Of a DNA stretch of 64,000 bases, positions 47,136-57,324 are shown piece after piece. A program made the position numbers and the translations under genes. Source of the DNA: Candidatus Levybacteria bacterium CG2_30_37_29 (lineage in GTDB: Bacteria > Patescibacteriota > Microgenomatia > Levybacterales > GWA1-39-11); NCBI GenBank assembly GCA_001873215.1, contig MNYS01000008.1, positions 2,657-66,656 of the forward strand, written 5' to 3'. The notes below the pieces were generated by a model. It was not told the origin of the DNA, did no database searches, and saw nothing but the letters and a program-made list of their open reading frames with translations. How positions within the stretch are numbered: the stretch's first letter is position 1; the number at the start of each line of letters is the position of its first letter.

Positions 47136-48256
47136 TGTAATGACTTTATAATTATAGTGTTTTATTGTACTTGTTTCAAATTCTGTCATGGACATATAGA
47201 TACCGTAACACTTCCTCTTTTCTTTTCTTGTAGTATCCTAACATAATCTGCCGGTCTTTTGTAACCTAGTGAATGATGGTATCGTAGGTTGTTGTACTTG
47301 TAGTTAAATATTTTGCAATGTTCGTTAATCATATCAAGGTCATCAAGCAGGTCATATTGATAGTTAAAATATTCGTACTCGGCTGTCTGGTGGAGACGCT
47401 CAACTCTCCCATTTTGTTTGGGACAATGGGGATCTGTAAAGAAATGGGGGATATTCCAGGAGATAATCTCTTTGTGAAATTCAAACAGATATTCTGAGCC
47501 ATTATCAGTATTAATTGCTTGTATGGGGAAAGGGAAATAATCTCTCACTTTGCAAATGAAGTCTTTTCCTGAGACAGAAGATATTGTTTTGTAACAATGG
47601 ATAAAGGCGTATCGGCTCTTGCAGTCAATTGCCGAGAATATATAGAATTTCTTTCCTAATACGTAGAAGTATTTAGTATCAACTTGGACAAGAGAGCCGA
47701 GATTCTTCTCTCGTAGCTCAATTGCAGCCTTGATGCGAGCGATCTTGAAGTTTCTGTGTTTTTTGAGACGCTTCTTGTGCTGGATATTTAAAAGCTTTGG
47801 ATCTCTGTTGATTACCTTCTGAATTGTGGTTGTTCCACAAGTTACTCCCTCGTTTTTTAGTTCTGCCTGTATCTCATACTTTGATTTTTCAATATCACCT
47901 TCACGAATACTTTTAATTCTGTCAATTATAAACTGTGCTGTTGTCATTTCTCTTGTTTTCTTTGGTCTCCGGGTTTTTAAATCATCCTCAAGTCCTAAAA
48001 GCCCTAATTTACTAAACCGCTTAAGCCACCTGTAAAACACATCTGGAGATAAAGCGAAATGGCGAAGAGTTAAACGAACCTTTCCTCCATGAAAATGGTA
48101 CCAATCAATCCATATAAGTCTTTCTTGTGCCTTTTTTGACAACCTCACATCTCTCACCTGCGCCCAAGGAACAATTCTGTATGCTCGCATATACGAGCCA
48201 TTGTACCGTCCTTTCAAAATGTATCAAGTGTAACGGGATGTATCGCGTCCTAGACA
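47136..48256. mobile_element. IS481-family insertion sequence (boundaries ±30 nt)
   Basis: Single DDE transposase ORF. Terminal TGTAATGAC…GACAATTCA imperfect inverted ends. Flanks correspond to the two halves of the 51-nt repeat that is intact at 30404-30454. Confidence 0.55.
47186..48217 (-). CDS. IS481-family DDE transposase
   Basis: N-terminal HTH and an rve integrase core with D(VQVDTKYF), D(INTDNGSEY) and E(PKQNGRVERLH). Confidence 0.75.
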   Translation of the reverse strand: MKGRYNGSYMRAYRIVPWAQVRDVRLSKKAQERLIWIDWYHFHGGKVRLTLRHFALSPDVFYRWLKRFSKLGLLGLEDDLKTRRPKKTREMTTAQFIIDRIKSIREGDIEKSKYEIQAELKNEGVTCGTTTIQKVINRDPKLLNIQHKKRLKKHRNFKIARIKAAIELREKNLGSLVQVDTKYFYVLGKKFYIFSAIDCKSRYAFIHCYKTISSVSGKDFICKVRDYFPFPIQAINTDNGSEYLFEFHKEIISWNIPHFFTDPHCPKQNGRVERLHQTAEYEYFNYQYDLLDDLDMINEHCKIFNYKYNNLRYHHSLGYKRPADYVRILQEKKRGSVTVSICP

Positions 48257-48279
48257 ATTCACAGTTATTGCATTCCCAA

Positions 48280-48307
48280 TGACAATTCACCCAAACTTTT
48301 GTATAAT
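48280..48307 (+). promoter_or_regulatory. putative tyrS promoter
   Basis: TGACAA, 16-nt spacer, TATAAT. The ATG at 48314 is only 7 nt downstream, so the mRNA is leaderless or has a very short leader. Confidence 0.35.
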
Positions 48308-48313
48308 GACTTC

Positions 48314-49504
48314 ATGGACAAGATTACGGAATTGTTAACTCGAGGCGTAGACAAAATTTATCCTTCACGTGAAGAACTTGAAAAAGTTTTAAGATCGGGG
48401 GATAAATTAAAACTCTACCAAGGATTCGATCCTACAGGAAATATGCTTCATATTGGACATATGATTGGATTGAGAAAATTAAAACAATGGCAAGAACTTG
48501 GACACGAAGTAATTTTTTTAATTGGAGATTTTACGGGTATGGTAGGAGATCCATCTGGAAAAACAACAATTCGAAAAATGCTATCAAAAGAAGAAGTAAA
48601 GACAAATGCCAAAGCCTATGTAGACCAAGCAGGAAGAATCTTGAGGTTTGATGAAAAAAATCCTGTTAAAGTTCTTTATAATTCTGAATGGTTAGAAAAA
48701 CTATCCTCATTAGAATTTATACAAATAACACATAACTTATCTGTTCAACAAGTATACGAAAGAGACATGTTCCAAAGGCGTCAAAAAGAAGGAAATGATA
48801 TTTACTTAAACGAATTTCTGTATCCCGTTATGCAAGCCTATGATTCCGTAGCAATGAACGTCGACCTTGAAATTGGGGCAACAGACCAAACTTTTAATAT
48901 GTTAATGGGAAGAAAACTAATGCGTAACATGCTTAAAAAGGATAAGTTTGTTATGACAACTCCACTTTTAACAGACTCTGAAGGTAAAAAAATTGGAAAG
49001 ACGGAAGGAAATGTCATAGGAATAACAGACGCACCAAATGAATTATTTGGAAAAATTATGAGTCTTTCAGATGATGTTATTGTAAAAGGATTAGAATGGT
49101 TAACAGATGTATCGATTAAGGAAATCGAAAATATTGCTACCAAAATAAAATACGGAGCTAACCCTATTGAATTCAAGAAAAAGCTGGCATTAGAAATTGT
49201 TAAAGAATTAAACTCGGAAGAAGAAGCGCAAAAAGCACAGGAATTCTTTGAAAAAACAATTCAAGGAAGTGAAATACCAGAAAATATTCCAACCTTTACA
49301 ATTAATGGCAATCTAACAGTATCTGACGTTTTAATTAAAATTAATGCTGTATCAAGCAAATCAGAAGGAAAAAGATTAATCGAACAAGGAGGTGTATCTG
49401 TTGATAATAAAACAGTTACAAATCCGTTTAAACCATTCCCAAAAGCTAATGACGAATACATAATAAAAACTGGAAGAAAATTTGCTAAAATTAAATCAAG
49501 ATAA
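48314..49504 (+). CDS. tyrS: tyrosine--tRNA ligase
   Basis: HIGH motif (LHIGHMIG), KMSKS-like (KIGKTEG) and a C-terminal S4 domain. Start set at MDKITELL. Confidence 0.9.
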   Translation: MDKITELLTRGVDKIYPSREELEKVLRSGDKLKLYQGFDPTGNMLHIGHMIGLRKLKQWQELGHEVIFLIGDFTGMVGDPSGKTTIRKMLSKEEVKTNAKAYVDQAGRILRFDEKNPVKVLYNSEWLEKLSSLEFIQITHNLSVQQVYERDMFQRRQKEGNDIYLNEFLYPVMQAYDSVAMNVDLEIGATDQTFNMLMGRKLMRNMLKKDKFVMTTPLLTDSEGKKIGKTEGNVIGITDAPNELFGKIMSLSDDVIVKGLEWLTDVSIKEIENIATKIKYGANPIEFKKKLALEIVKELNSEEEAQKAQEFFEKTIQGSEIPENIPTFTINGNLTVSDVLIKINAVSSKSEGKRLIEQGGVSVDNKTVTNPFKPFPKANDEYIIKTGRKFAKIKSR

Positions 49505-49614
49505 AAATATGGATTTCATAAGAAAAAAAAAGTGGATTTGGAAAACGATTGTTATTATTTCATCCGTTGCGCTGATTGCCAGTGCGTTTCTTCCGTTGAT
49601 ACTTCAATAGGGTT

Positions 49615-51645
49615 ATGGAACTTGCAACCCCAATAAAGACGCTTGGCAGAGCATACGCCATGAAAACGAGGCTTTTGGAAAAGCTCGGACTTTACACAAT
49701 AGAAGATCTGCTTTACTACATTCCCTATAGATATGAGGATATGTCGCTTATTTCTGAAATTTCCATGGTTCAGGCGGGAGAAAACATCACGGTGCAAGGA
49801 ACGGTTACTGCTACAAAAAATGTTTTTACAAGAAGACGAAATTTCACAATTCAAAAAATAACCATTGAGGACACAACGGGAGAAATTGAATGCACATGGT
49901 TTAATCAAATATATCTTTTAAGAACGGTGCACAAAGGAGATTTTCTTAGCGTTGCTGGCAGAGTAGAACAAACGGGAAATAAAAAATCACTATTTGTAAA
50001 AGAGTATGAAATTTTAAAAACGAAAGATATGCCGCCAACACATACCGGGCGTCTTGTTCCTGTTTATTCTGAAACGCGCGGACTCACTTCAAAGTGGCTA
50101 AGAAATAGAATTTCCGACATTCTTACCTCAAAAGATGTAAAAATTGAAGACTTTTTCCCTAAAGACTTTTTAGAAAAATACAATTTAGTTGATTTGAAAA
50201 CTGCTCTATCTCAAATTCATTTTCCCATATCCATTTCTGACGCAGAAATTGCCCGAAAACGATTATCGTTTGAAGAATTATTTATTACAAACATGTCTTC
50301 CTTAAAAAGAAAAAAAGAATGGGAGCAAAAATTACACACATCGCCTTTTAAAGTTTTGGGATTTGCATCTAAAATACAAGCTCTTTGGGAAAGTCTACCG
50401 TTTCAATTAACCCTTGCGCAAAACCGCGCTATTGATGAAATTTCTTCAGATCTTGCGCGCGACATTCCCATGAACAGAATGCTACAAGGAGACGTAGGGT
50501 CGGGAAAAACAGTTGTCGCATCAATTGCAATATATATTTCACATTTAAACGGTTTCCAATCTGCTCTTATGGCACCGACGGAAATTCTTGCGCAACAACA
50601 TTTCGAAACGGTTTCAAAGCTTCTAAAACCTTTAGGTATAAAAGTTAAGCTTTTTACCTCCAAAATAAAACCAAAAGAGAATGAGAGATTTGATATTGCC
50701 ATTGGCACACATGCTCTTTTACAAAAAAGCATAAAATTTAAAAATTTGGGACTTGTCGTAATCGACGAACAACAAAGATTCGGAGTGGAGCAGAGGGCAA
50801 TTTTACGGGAAAAAGGTAATAACCCGCACTTTTTGAGTATGACCGCAACGCCAATTCCTCGGACAATATTTTTGACTGTATATGGAGACCTTAACCTTTC
50901 GTACCTCGATGAAATGCCCAAAGGAAGAAAGGAAATAAAAACTTGGCTTGTGCCTGAAGAAAAACGTGACGCAGGATACGCGTGGATTAAAACGCAAATA
51001 AAAAAAACTTCAGCTCAAGTATTTATTGTATGCCCTTTTATTGAAATTTCAGAAACTATTACAACCGTCAAAGCTGCAACAGAAGAATTTGAAAGGTTAT
51101 CAAAAGATATTTTTGCCGATTTAAAACTTGGACTTTTACACGGAAAAATGAAGTCTTCCCAAAAAGAAGAAGTACTTTCTAAATTTAAAAATGGAAAATT
51201 GGATATACTTGTTGCAACACCGGTTGTCGAGGTAGGAATTGACATCCCGTCTGCAACAATAATCATTATTGAAGGAGCAGAAAGATTTGGCCTTGCTCAA
51301 CTTCATCAATTAAGAGGTCGTGTAGGAAGAAGCGACAAGGAATCATACTGTTTACTATTTACACAGGCAACAACTGAAACTGCACGCCAAAGACTTAAAT
51401 ATCTTGAGAGAATGCATTTGGGGGCCCAACTTGCAGAGCTTGATTTGCGCCTGCGTGGTCCGGGAGAAGTTTATGGTACCCTTCAACACGGAACGCCTTT
51501 TTTAAAAATTGCATCTTTCTCAGATACACCTCTTATAAAAGAAACTCGGGATGCGGTGCAAAACCTTTTCCCCAATCTTTCTAGCTACCCCCTATTGCAA
51601 GAGAAGCTTAAATCTAATATAATACAGAAAGTCACACCAGACTAA
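49615..51645 (+). CDS. recG: ATP-dependent DNA helicase RecG
   Basis: Wedge domain plus helicase motifs GDVGSGKT, DEQQRFGV, TATPIPRT and QLHQLRGRVGR. Confidence 0.9.
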   Translation: MELATPIKTLGRAYAMKTRLLEKLGLYTIEDLLYYIPYRYEDMSLISEISMVQAGENITVQGTVTATKNVFTRRRNFTIQKITIEDTTGEIECTWFNQIYLLRTVHKGDFLSVAGRVEQTGNKKSLFVKEYEILKTKDMPPTHTGRLVPVYSETRGLTSKWLRNRISDILTSKDVKIEDFFPKDFLEKYNLVDLKTALSQIHFPISISDAEIARKRLSFEELFITNMSSLKRKKEWEQKLHTSPFKVLGFASKIQALWESLPFQLTLAQNRAIDEISSDLARDIPMNRMLQGDVGSGKTVVASIAIYISHLNGFQSALMAPTEILAQQHFETVSKLLKPLGIKVKLFTSKIKPKENERFDIAIGTHALLQKSIKFKNLGLVVIDEQQRFGVEQRAILREKGNNPHFLSMTATPIPRTIFLTVYGDLNLSYLDEMPKGRKEIKTWLVPEEKRDAGYAWIKTQIKKTSAQVFIVCPFIEISETITTVKAATEEFERLSKDIFADLKLGLLHGKMKSSQKEEVLSKFKNGKLDILVATPVVEVGIDIPSATIIIIEGAERFGLAQLHQLRGRVGRSDKESYCLLFTQATTETARQRLKYLERMHLGAQLAELDLRLRGPGEVYGTLQHGTPFLKIASFSDTPLIKETRDAVQNLFPNLSSYPLLQEKLKSNIIQKVTPD

Positions 51646-51650
51646 CAAAT

Positions 51651-51830
51651 ATGCCACACGAACCAAAAAGAAGACATTCTGTTGCAAGAAAAGGAAAGAG
51701 AAGAGCAAGTATAGCTATTTCTGCATCCTCTATTTCAATTTGTAAAAATTGCAAAACTCCAAATTCTCCACATACTGTTTGCAAAACATGTGGGTATTAC
51801 AAGGGTAAAAAGGTGATTCAGGCAAAATAA
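51651..51830 (+). CDS. rpmF: 50S ribosomal protein L32
   Basis: 59-aa basic protein with a CxxC…CxxC zinc ribbon (CKNC…CKTC). Below the track's size cutoff. Confidence 0.8.
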   Translation: MPHEPKRRHSVARKGKRRASIAISASSISICKNCKTPNSPHTVCKTCGYYKGKKVIQAK

Positions 51831-51840
51831 ATTCTACTCC

Positions 51841-52203
51841 ATGAAAACTTCGCTTGACCCTCGTCATAAAAAAAGGCAGGAAACTATAAAAGTACTTTAT
51901 GCAGAAAGTTTTCACACACAACCCACAGACAACTTAACCGCAAAAGCAATTCTTTCAAGTCTTAAAAAAGTTGACCGGATGCTTTTTAAAGTCGCACCTG
52001 GGTTTCCTATAGAAAAGATAAATAAGGTTGATTTAGCAATCCTACGTCTTGGAATTTATGAGATTTTGATAGAAAAAAAACAACCTCAAAAAGTAGTAAT
52101 AGACGAAGCGATAGAACTTGCAAAAGAATTTGGGGGAGATACTTCCCCTGGATTTGTAAACGGCGCGCTTGGTAAACTAATAAAGGTTATAGAAAAAAAA
52201 TGA
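51841..52203 (+). CDS. nusB: transcription antitermination factor NusB
   Basis: NusB-like all-helical 120 aa with an N-terminal R-rich segment. Confidence 0.7.
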   Translation: MKTSLDPRHKKRQETIKVLYAESFHTQPTDNLTAKAILSSLKKVDRMLFKVAPGFPIEKINKVDLAILRLGIYEILIEKKQPQKVVIDEAIELAKEFGGDTSPGFVNGALGKLIKVIEKK

Positions 52204-52865
52204 AAATTCCGAACTTTAACGATAAAAATCTTTTAGAACAAGTGTTTATGCACCGTTCATATCTTAACGAATCGGCAGTAAAAGTTGAATCGAATGAAAG
52301 ACTTGAGTTCTTGGGAGATAGTATTCTTTCTTTTGTCGTATCATCATATATTTTCAACCACAATAAAAGTTTTCATGAAGGAGAATTAACAAATTTGCGG
52401 TCTGTTCTTACTAACACGCAAACTCTTTACGTAGTTTCAAAAGAGTTGGGACTTGGTCAATACTTAAAACTTTCAAAAGGCGAAGAAACAGGAAAGGGAC
52501 GGGAAAACAAGACAATTCTTGCAAACACTCTGGAAGCGCTTATCGGAGGAATATATATAGACCAGGGAATTGAGGCTGCACGACAATTTATTGAAGAATC
52601 AATTATTGCACGAAGTGAAGAAATCATAACCTCACAAGGTCTGAAAGATGCAAAGAGCAGTTTGCAGGAAATACTACAAGAAAAACACAAACAGTCCCCG
52701 CTTTACAAAATTCTTTCGGAAGCTGGACCGGACCACGATAAAAAATACACAATAGGTGTTTTTCTGAAAGACAAACTTTTAGCAAAAGGGGTAGGGCATT
52801 CAAAACAAGAAGCGGAAAAAGACGCTGCAGCCAACGCTCTCTTGATTTATTCTGCGAGCTTCTAA
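52200..52865 (+). CDS. rnc: ribonuclease III
   Basis: ERLEFLGDSIL catalytic signature plus a C-terminal dsRBD. Confidence 0.85.
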   Translation: MKIPNFNDKNLLEQVFMHRSYLNESAVKVESNERLEFLGDSILSFVVSSYIFNHNKSFHEGELTNLRSVLTNTQTLYVVSKELGLGQYLKLSKGEETGKGRENKTILANTLEALIGGIYIDQGIEAARQFIEESIIARSEEIITSQGLKDAKSSLQEILQEKHKQSPLYKILSEAGPDHDKKYTIGVFLKDKLLAKGVGHSKQEAEKDAAANALLIYSASF

Positions 52866-52993
52866 TACTTCAGGGTGTGAGTTCGGGGTACAACGCGATA
52901 AATTATCGCGAAGTGAGCAGAAGAAGATACCGCGAATGTAAGTTCGTGGATCTTCATTGACTCTTTCGCTTCAATTTGGTAAACTTACACTCT

Positions 52994-53227
52994 ATGTCTT
53001 TGGTTATTAGATTTTCAACAATTGGACGACGCGGTGAACGCAAATATAGAATTGTCGTGAAAGAAAAGCGAAGCAAAAGAGATGGTAAAGCGCTTGACAC
53101 GTTGGGATTTTATGAAAAAATGGTAGGTGGGAAAATTTCCAAAGAAATTGACCAAAAAAAGCTGTTAGAGTGGCAAAAAAAGGGCGCATTACTTTCACCA
53201 TCTGTTAAAAAAGCACTTGCTTTATAA
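52994..53227 (+). CDS. rpsP: 30S ribosomal protein S16
   Basis: MSLVIRFSTIGRRGERKYRIVV… The start is at the internal ATG. Confidence 0.8.
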   Translation: MSLVIRFSTIGRRGERKYRIVVKEKRSKRDGKALDTLGFYEKMVGGKISKEIDQKKLLEWQKKGALLSPSVKKALAL

Positions 53228-53230
53228 ATC

Positions 53231-53467
53231 ATGAAAGATCTTCTCAATTATATTTTAGAAAACATCGTCGAAGGTAAATTTAGCGTTGAAGAAGAAGATC
53301 AAGACGGGTTTATTATTTATAAGGTGACGGCGCCTGCCGACGAAATCGGAAAAATTATCGGAAAAGGCGGCAAAACAATAAATGCTTTAAAAAACATTCT
53401 TAAAATAAGAGCTATAAAGGAAAATAAAAAAATTGATATCCAAATAGCTGAGCCAGACCTCTCATAG
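53231..53467 (+). CDS. KH-domain RNA-binding protein (YlqC-like)
   Basis: GKIIGKGGKTINALK KH motif. Conserved position between rpsP and trmD. Confidence 0.7.
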   Translation: MKDLLNYILENIVEGKFSVEEEDQDGFIIYKVTAPADEIGKIIGKGGKTINALKNILKIRAIKENKKIDIQIAEPDLS

Positions 53468-53481
53468 TTTTTTTTCAAACT

Positions 53482-54174
53482 ATGCGCATTACCATTATTA
53501 CTTTATTCCCCGAGATGTTTGAGTCTGTTTTTTCCAGTTCCATTCTTAAAAGAGCCCAGAGTCAAAAAAAGATTGAAATAAAAATTGTTAATCTCCGTGA
53601 TTTTGGAATAGGACGCCACAAGTTAGTTGATGATAAACCTTACGGTGGAGGAGTGGGAATGCTTTTAAGAGTTGATGTTTTGGACCGCGCTATAAGAGCG
53701 GTAAAAAATAGTGGTAAAAATCAAAAAGTTATACTTCTTGACCCAAAAGGTGAAAAATATAATCAAGGGATTGCAGAAAAACTTGTAAATGCTACCAATA
53801 TTATACTTATTTGCGGACACTATGAAGGGTATGATGAGAGAGTAAGAAAACTTGTTGACATGGAAATTTCAATTGGGGATTATATTACCTCCGGTGGTGA
53901 AATACCCGCGATGGTAGTAGTTGAGTCGGTTGCTCGTCTGATACCTGGTGTTCTTATTAAAAAAGAGGCGGTGATGTATGAGTCTTTTTCTAAAAATTCC
54001 TTAGGAAGACGTCTTGAACATCCTCATTATACAAGACCACAGACATATAAAAACATGACAGCTCCAAAAGAGCTCCTTTCGGGAAACCCCCAAATTGTTG
54101 ATGCATTTAGAAATAAAGAAGCGGACAAAATAACAAAGAAAAGAAGACCTGAAATGTTAAAAAGGCAAAAATAG
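53482..54174 (+). CDS. trmD: tRNA (guanine37-N1)-methyltransferase
   Basis: SPOUT fold with TrmD motifs (ITLFPEMF, DDKPYGGGVGM). Confidence 0.85.
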   Translation: MRITIITLFPEMFESVFSSSILKRAQSQKKIEIKIVNLRDFGIGRHKLVDDKPYGGGVGMLLRVDVLDRAIRAVKNSGKNQKVILLDPKGEKYNQGIAEKLVNATNIILICGHYEGYDERVRKLVDMEISIGDYITSGGEIPAMVVVESVARLIPGVLIKKEAVMYESFSKNSLGRRLEHPHYTRPQTYKNMTAPKELLSGNPQIVDAFRNKEADKITKKRRPEMLKRQK

Positions 54175-54831
54175 TTATTTACTTCCTTCCCACTCTTTTA
54201 ATTGTTCCAGAATTTTTTCTTCTGATGCGGAAAGCGGAATTACTTTATTCTGTTTTGCCAAAACCGTCAAATCGTAAGGCTTGTAATAAAAATTTACTTC
54301 AAGCGTTCCAGATGAACCCTGAATGTTTATATTATTTACTTCCGATATCGGCATACCTTTTTGAATTTCTGACGCAAAACGTATAAAACTTTGCGCGTCT
54401 GGGCTTGAAAGGCGTATCAAAACAGTCAAAAATGGAATACCCTTCTTATCTGAATTAGGAGAATTCACTTGTTTGCCATAAATATTACCAACCTTAAATG
54501 AATATTGTTTTAATTCAACTTTGCTTTTCTCGGCAGCACTTACCATAGCTTGAAATACTGCAGATGGATCTTTTGATGTTGGCAGTGCTAATTTTACAAT
54601 TTTTAAATCATCTCCAATTTTTGTATCGTCTTGAGAGGAAAGTACCTGAAAAGTTTTTTTTAAAGTCTCAATTTCCATTTTTTGTGTTTCAATTGTGCGT
54701 TTTTCTTCAGAAATTGAAGTTAATTCCGGTAAAAAAACTTTAAAGATAATAAAAAACGACACACAAATTAATACAATCGGAAGAATATATTGTTTGTATT
54801 TACTATAATATGGAGCAAGCATTTTTTGCAT
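54175..54831 (-). CDS. pilO: type IV pilus assembly PilO-like protein
   Basis: Single TM segment plus a coiled-coil and periplasmic domain, downstream of pilN and pilM. Confidence 0.5.
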   Translation of the reverse strand: MQKMLAPYYSKYKQYILPIVLICVSFFIIFKVFLPELTSISEEKRTIETQKMEIETLKKTFQVLSSQDDTKIGDDLKIVKLALPTSKDPSAVFQAMVSAAEKSKVELKQYSFKVGNIYGKQVNSPNSDKKGIPFLTVLIRLSSPDAQSFIRFASEIQKGMPISEVNNINIQGSSGTLEVNFYYKPYDLTVLAKQNKVIPLSASEEKILEQLKEWEGSK

Positions 54832-54836
54832 TTTTT

Positions 54837-55385
54837 TTATTTCTTTACTGCTTTAGACGTAAAGAAAAAATCAAGCGTGAGCCTATAAGCATCTTTTGCT
54901 ACGGAAAGAGAAGAAGAATCGATTTTTTTAATTCCGAGTTTTGAGTTTTTAGCAAACTTGAGCATAGTATCTTGGGTTAGTAAATCAAGTTCATTAAGAC
55001 TTGGAGATGAAAGACGAAGGGTAATTTTTTGATCATCTGCATTAACACCAACAACTACAATTCCTTTCGGAATTTCGGACACTATAGAGGATGTATTAGA
55101 TTCAACTTTTTTTAGGTTGTTTAAAATTTTTTGTATATTAGTCAATCGATCTTTTATAATAATTGTTTTTTCGCGGCGGTCTCCAAGCCCACTAATGCTT
55201 AGCTGTATCGTTTTTGATTGTGCATCAAGAGAAGACGATGTACTATGCAAAAAAAAAGTGTAAAAAAACGCGGCAACAGTAATAGCAAAAACACTACCAA
55301 ACACTATAAAAGATGTTAAAACTATTTTTCTTATTGCGCTCTTTGTAATTTTTCTTGGTGTAATAAGGTTTATATCATCTTTCAT
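54837..55385 (-). CDS. pilN: type IV pilus assembly PilN-like protein
   Basis: Bitopic protein following pilM. Confidence 0.5.
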   Translation of the reverse strand: MKDDINLITPRKITKSAIRKIVLTSFIVFGSVFAITVAAFFYTFFLHSTSSSLDAQSKTIQLSISGLGDRREKTIIIKDRLTNIQKILNNLKKVESNTSSIVSEIPKGIVVVGVNADDQKITLRLSSPSLNELDLLTQDTMLKFAKNSKLGIKKIDSSSLSVAKDAYRLTLDFFFTSKAVKK

Positions 55386-56413
55386 ACTAAATTACGGAGT
55401 GCCAAACCTATAACCACATTATAACTAGGCGCCTCGGCCTTAATTTCGGGAGGAACATTCTGTATATTATAAGCATCCCAACAATTACCCAAAACAACTT
55501 GTATACCCAACATATTTGCGATATATGTGTCAATTCCCGGCAAAAGAGCAGTGCCTCCTGAAAGAATAATTTGCTTTACCTCTTCGTTATTATTTTTTTC
55601 CTTAAAAGATAAAAGGGATTTTTTAATATCTCCAATAATTGAATCTAAGATTGGGTGAAGACTTTTTCCAACTTTACCCTCAAAAGCTTCCTGACTAAGT
55701 CCGTAAGCTTTCTTATAATTTTCTGCCTGCGCGGTATCAATGCCGAGATCCAAGGAAATCGCCCTAGTTATAGCAAACCCGCCCAAACCAATAGTAAACA
55801 CAATATTTATAGCGCTATCCTTAATTATTGCAACGTTTGTTGTGGTTGCACCAACATGAACAATGATATTTGTATCTGTACTGGCAATTAAAGGAAGAAG
55901 GGCTCTATGTACTGAAATAATTTCTGTCTCTATTGTTTCCACGTTAACTCCTGCCAAAGACAAAATTTTGTCATATTTTTCAAGAAGAGATGTTGGAGCC
56001 GCAACTATCATAACATTCATGCCTTTTTTACCCTCTGTCTCGGTCTGCCCTAAGATTTGCCAGTCAGTTCTTACCTGGTCTAGTGGAAGAGGAATGTACT
56101 GTTCCATTTGAAATTTAAGCGCAGCGGAAAGTTCCTGCTCTGAAAGAACTGGCATTTCAATGACTTTAGTATATACCTGAATTTCAGGAATTGAGATGCT
56201 AGCATCTACAATTTTTATACCAGAGTTTGTGTGCATTTGCTTTATTTGAGAAGCGAGTTCTTGCTGATCAGAAATAGATTCTGAAATAACGCCTTTTTTT
56301 GTAGTAGGCGCGACCGCTATTGCATCAAGCATGTATGTTTCCCCTTGTTTTCTTACCAATGCAATTTTTAGGGACGTCGTTCCAATATCAAGACCGAAAA
56401 GTGTTGTTTTCAT
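55382..56413 (-). CDS. pilM: type IV pilus assembly ATPase-fold protein PilM
   Basis: Actin-like fold with N-terminal FGLDIGTTSLKIAL and a HVGATTTNV second phosphate motif. Confidence 0.75.
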   Translation of the reverse strand: MKTTLFGLDIGTTSLKIALVRKQGETYMLDAIAVAPTTKKGVISESISDQQELASQIKQMHTNSGIKIVDASISIPEIQVYTKVIEMPVLSEQELSAALKFQMEQYIPLPLDQVRTDWQILGQTETEGKKGMNVMIVAAPTSLLEKYDKILSLAGVNVETIETEIISVHRALLPLIASTDTNIIVHVGATTTNVAIIKDSAINIVFTIGLGGFAITRAISLDLGIDTAQAENYKKAYGLSQEAFEGKVGKSLHPILDSIIGDIKKSLLSFKEKNNNEEVKQIILSGGTALLPGIDTYIANMLGIQVVLGNCWDAYNIQNVPPEIKAEAPSYNVVIGLALRNLV

Positions 56414-57261
56414 TATTGCGAAATTACAGAATAGGGAAATATCTCCAATGGAATCTGCGGGTAGGAGGAATAATAAACAACTTTGCGAACAGTATCTCCT
56501 GACGTTCCTGTTGATTCGATTAAGGAACCCTGAGAAGGAAGTGCGACACTTGATCCAACGGCGATTTTTGTTGAATTATATATTGGAATTACTTTCATAA
56601 TAAGACCGTTTGTAACAGAGATTGTTGCTTGGTAATTAAAAGTTATACCCCCAACCGTTTGCTTTGTTACATTATCATATATGTCCGAACTGGGAATCCT
56701 TGCGCACGGATCGAATACTTTCTTGGTAAAAGTAGGGGACGTAACACTTCCTGACAATAATACTACTTCAAGCGCTGAATGCACGCTGCTTCCATCGGTT
56801 TTACCACACTTTTCAGGACTTCCGGAAAGCTGGATGTCCTGATTGCTCCAGAAAATCGTAACATCGCCGGTCGTAGGAGAACTATAATCAGGATAGGTTG
56901 AAAGCCAAACATCCATACCGCTATCCTGATCGACAGATTCTCCGTTATTCAACAATATGTTATTTCCGCCTTCGGCTGAAATTACTGTAGTTTTGGTATC
57001 AGAACTTGAACTATTTGAAAAATTTTGAGTTAAAAGAGAAGGATTACCGGTTTGTGCAGAACTTAAAGCTTGTTCTATTCCCCCTTCTGCGGCTTGGAAA
57101 GCACGCTGGCTTTCTTCGTTTTGCTTTGATATCTTAAGGTTTGTGATCGTACGAGAAACAATTGTAAGCCCAACCGTAAGAGATACAATCGTTGTCAATA
57201 CAACAATAAGAAGCACTTGACCTCTATTCCCATTGCTAAATAAACCTTTACAATATTTCAT
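56413..57261 (-). CDS. pilus-associated pseudopilin/minor pilin-like protein
   Basis: N-terminal hydrophobic helix (LLIVVLTTIVSLTVGL), operon context. Confidence 0.4.
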   Translation of the reverse strand: MKYCKGLFSNGNRGQVLLIVVLTTIVSLTVGLTIVSRTITNLKISKQNEESQRAFQAAEGGIEQALSSAQTGNPSLLTQNFSNSSSSDTKTTVISAEGGNNILLNNGESVDQDSGMDVWLSTYPDYSSPTTGDVTIFWSNQDIQLSGSPEKCGKTDGSSVHSALEVVLLSGSVTSPTFTKKVFDPCARIPSSDIYDNVTKQTVGGITFNYQATISVTNGLIMKVIPIYNSTKIAVGSSVALPSQGSLIESTGTSGDTVRKVVYYSSYPQIPLEIFPYSVISQ

Positions 57262-57324
57262 TTAGTCCTTTAATCATAGGCAAAGATAGAATACGTTGTC
57301 AAGCTTTTAAACGTTAGAGCGAAG

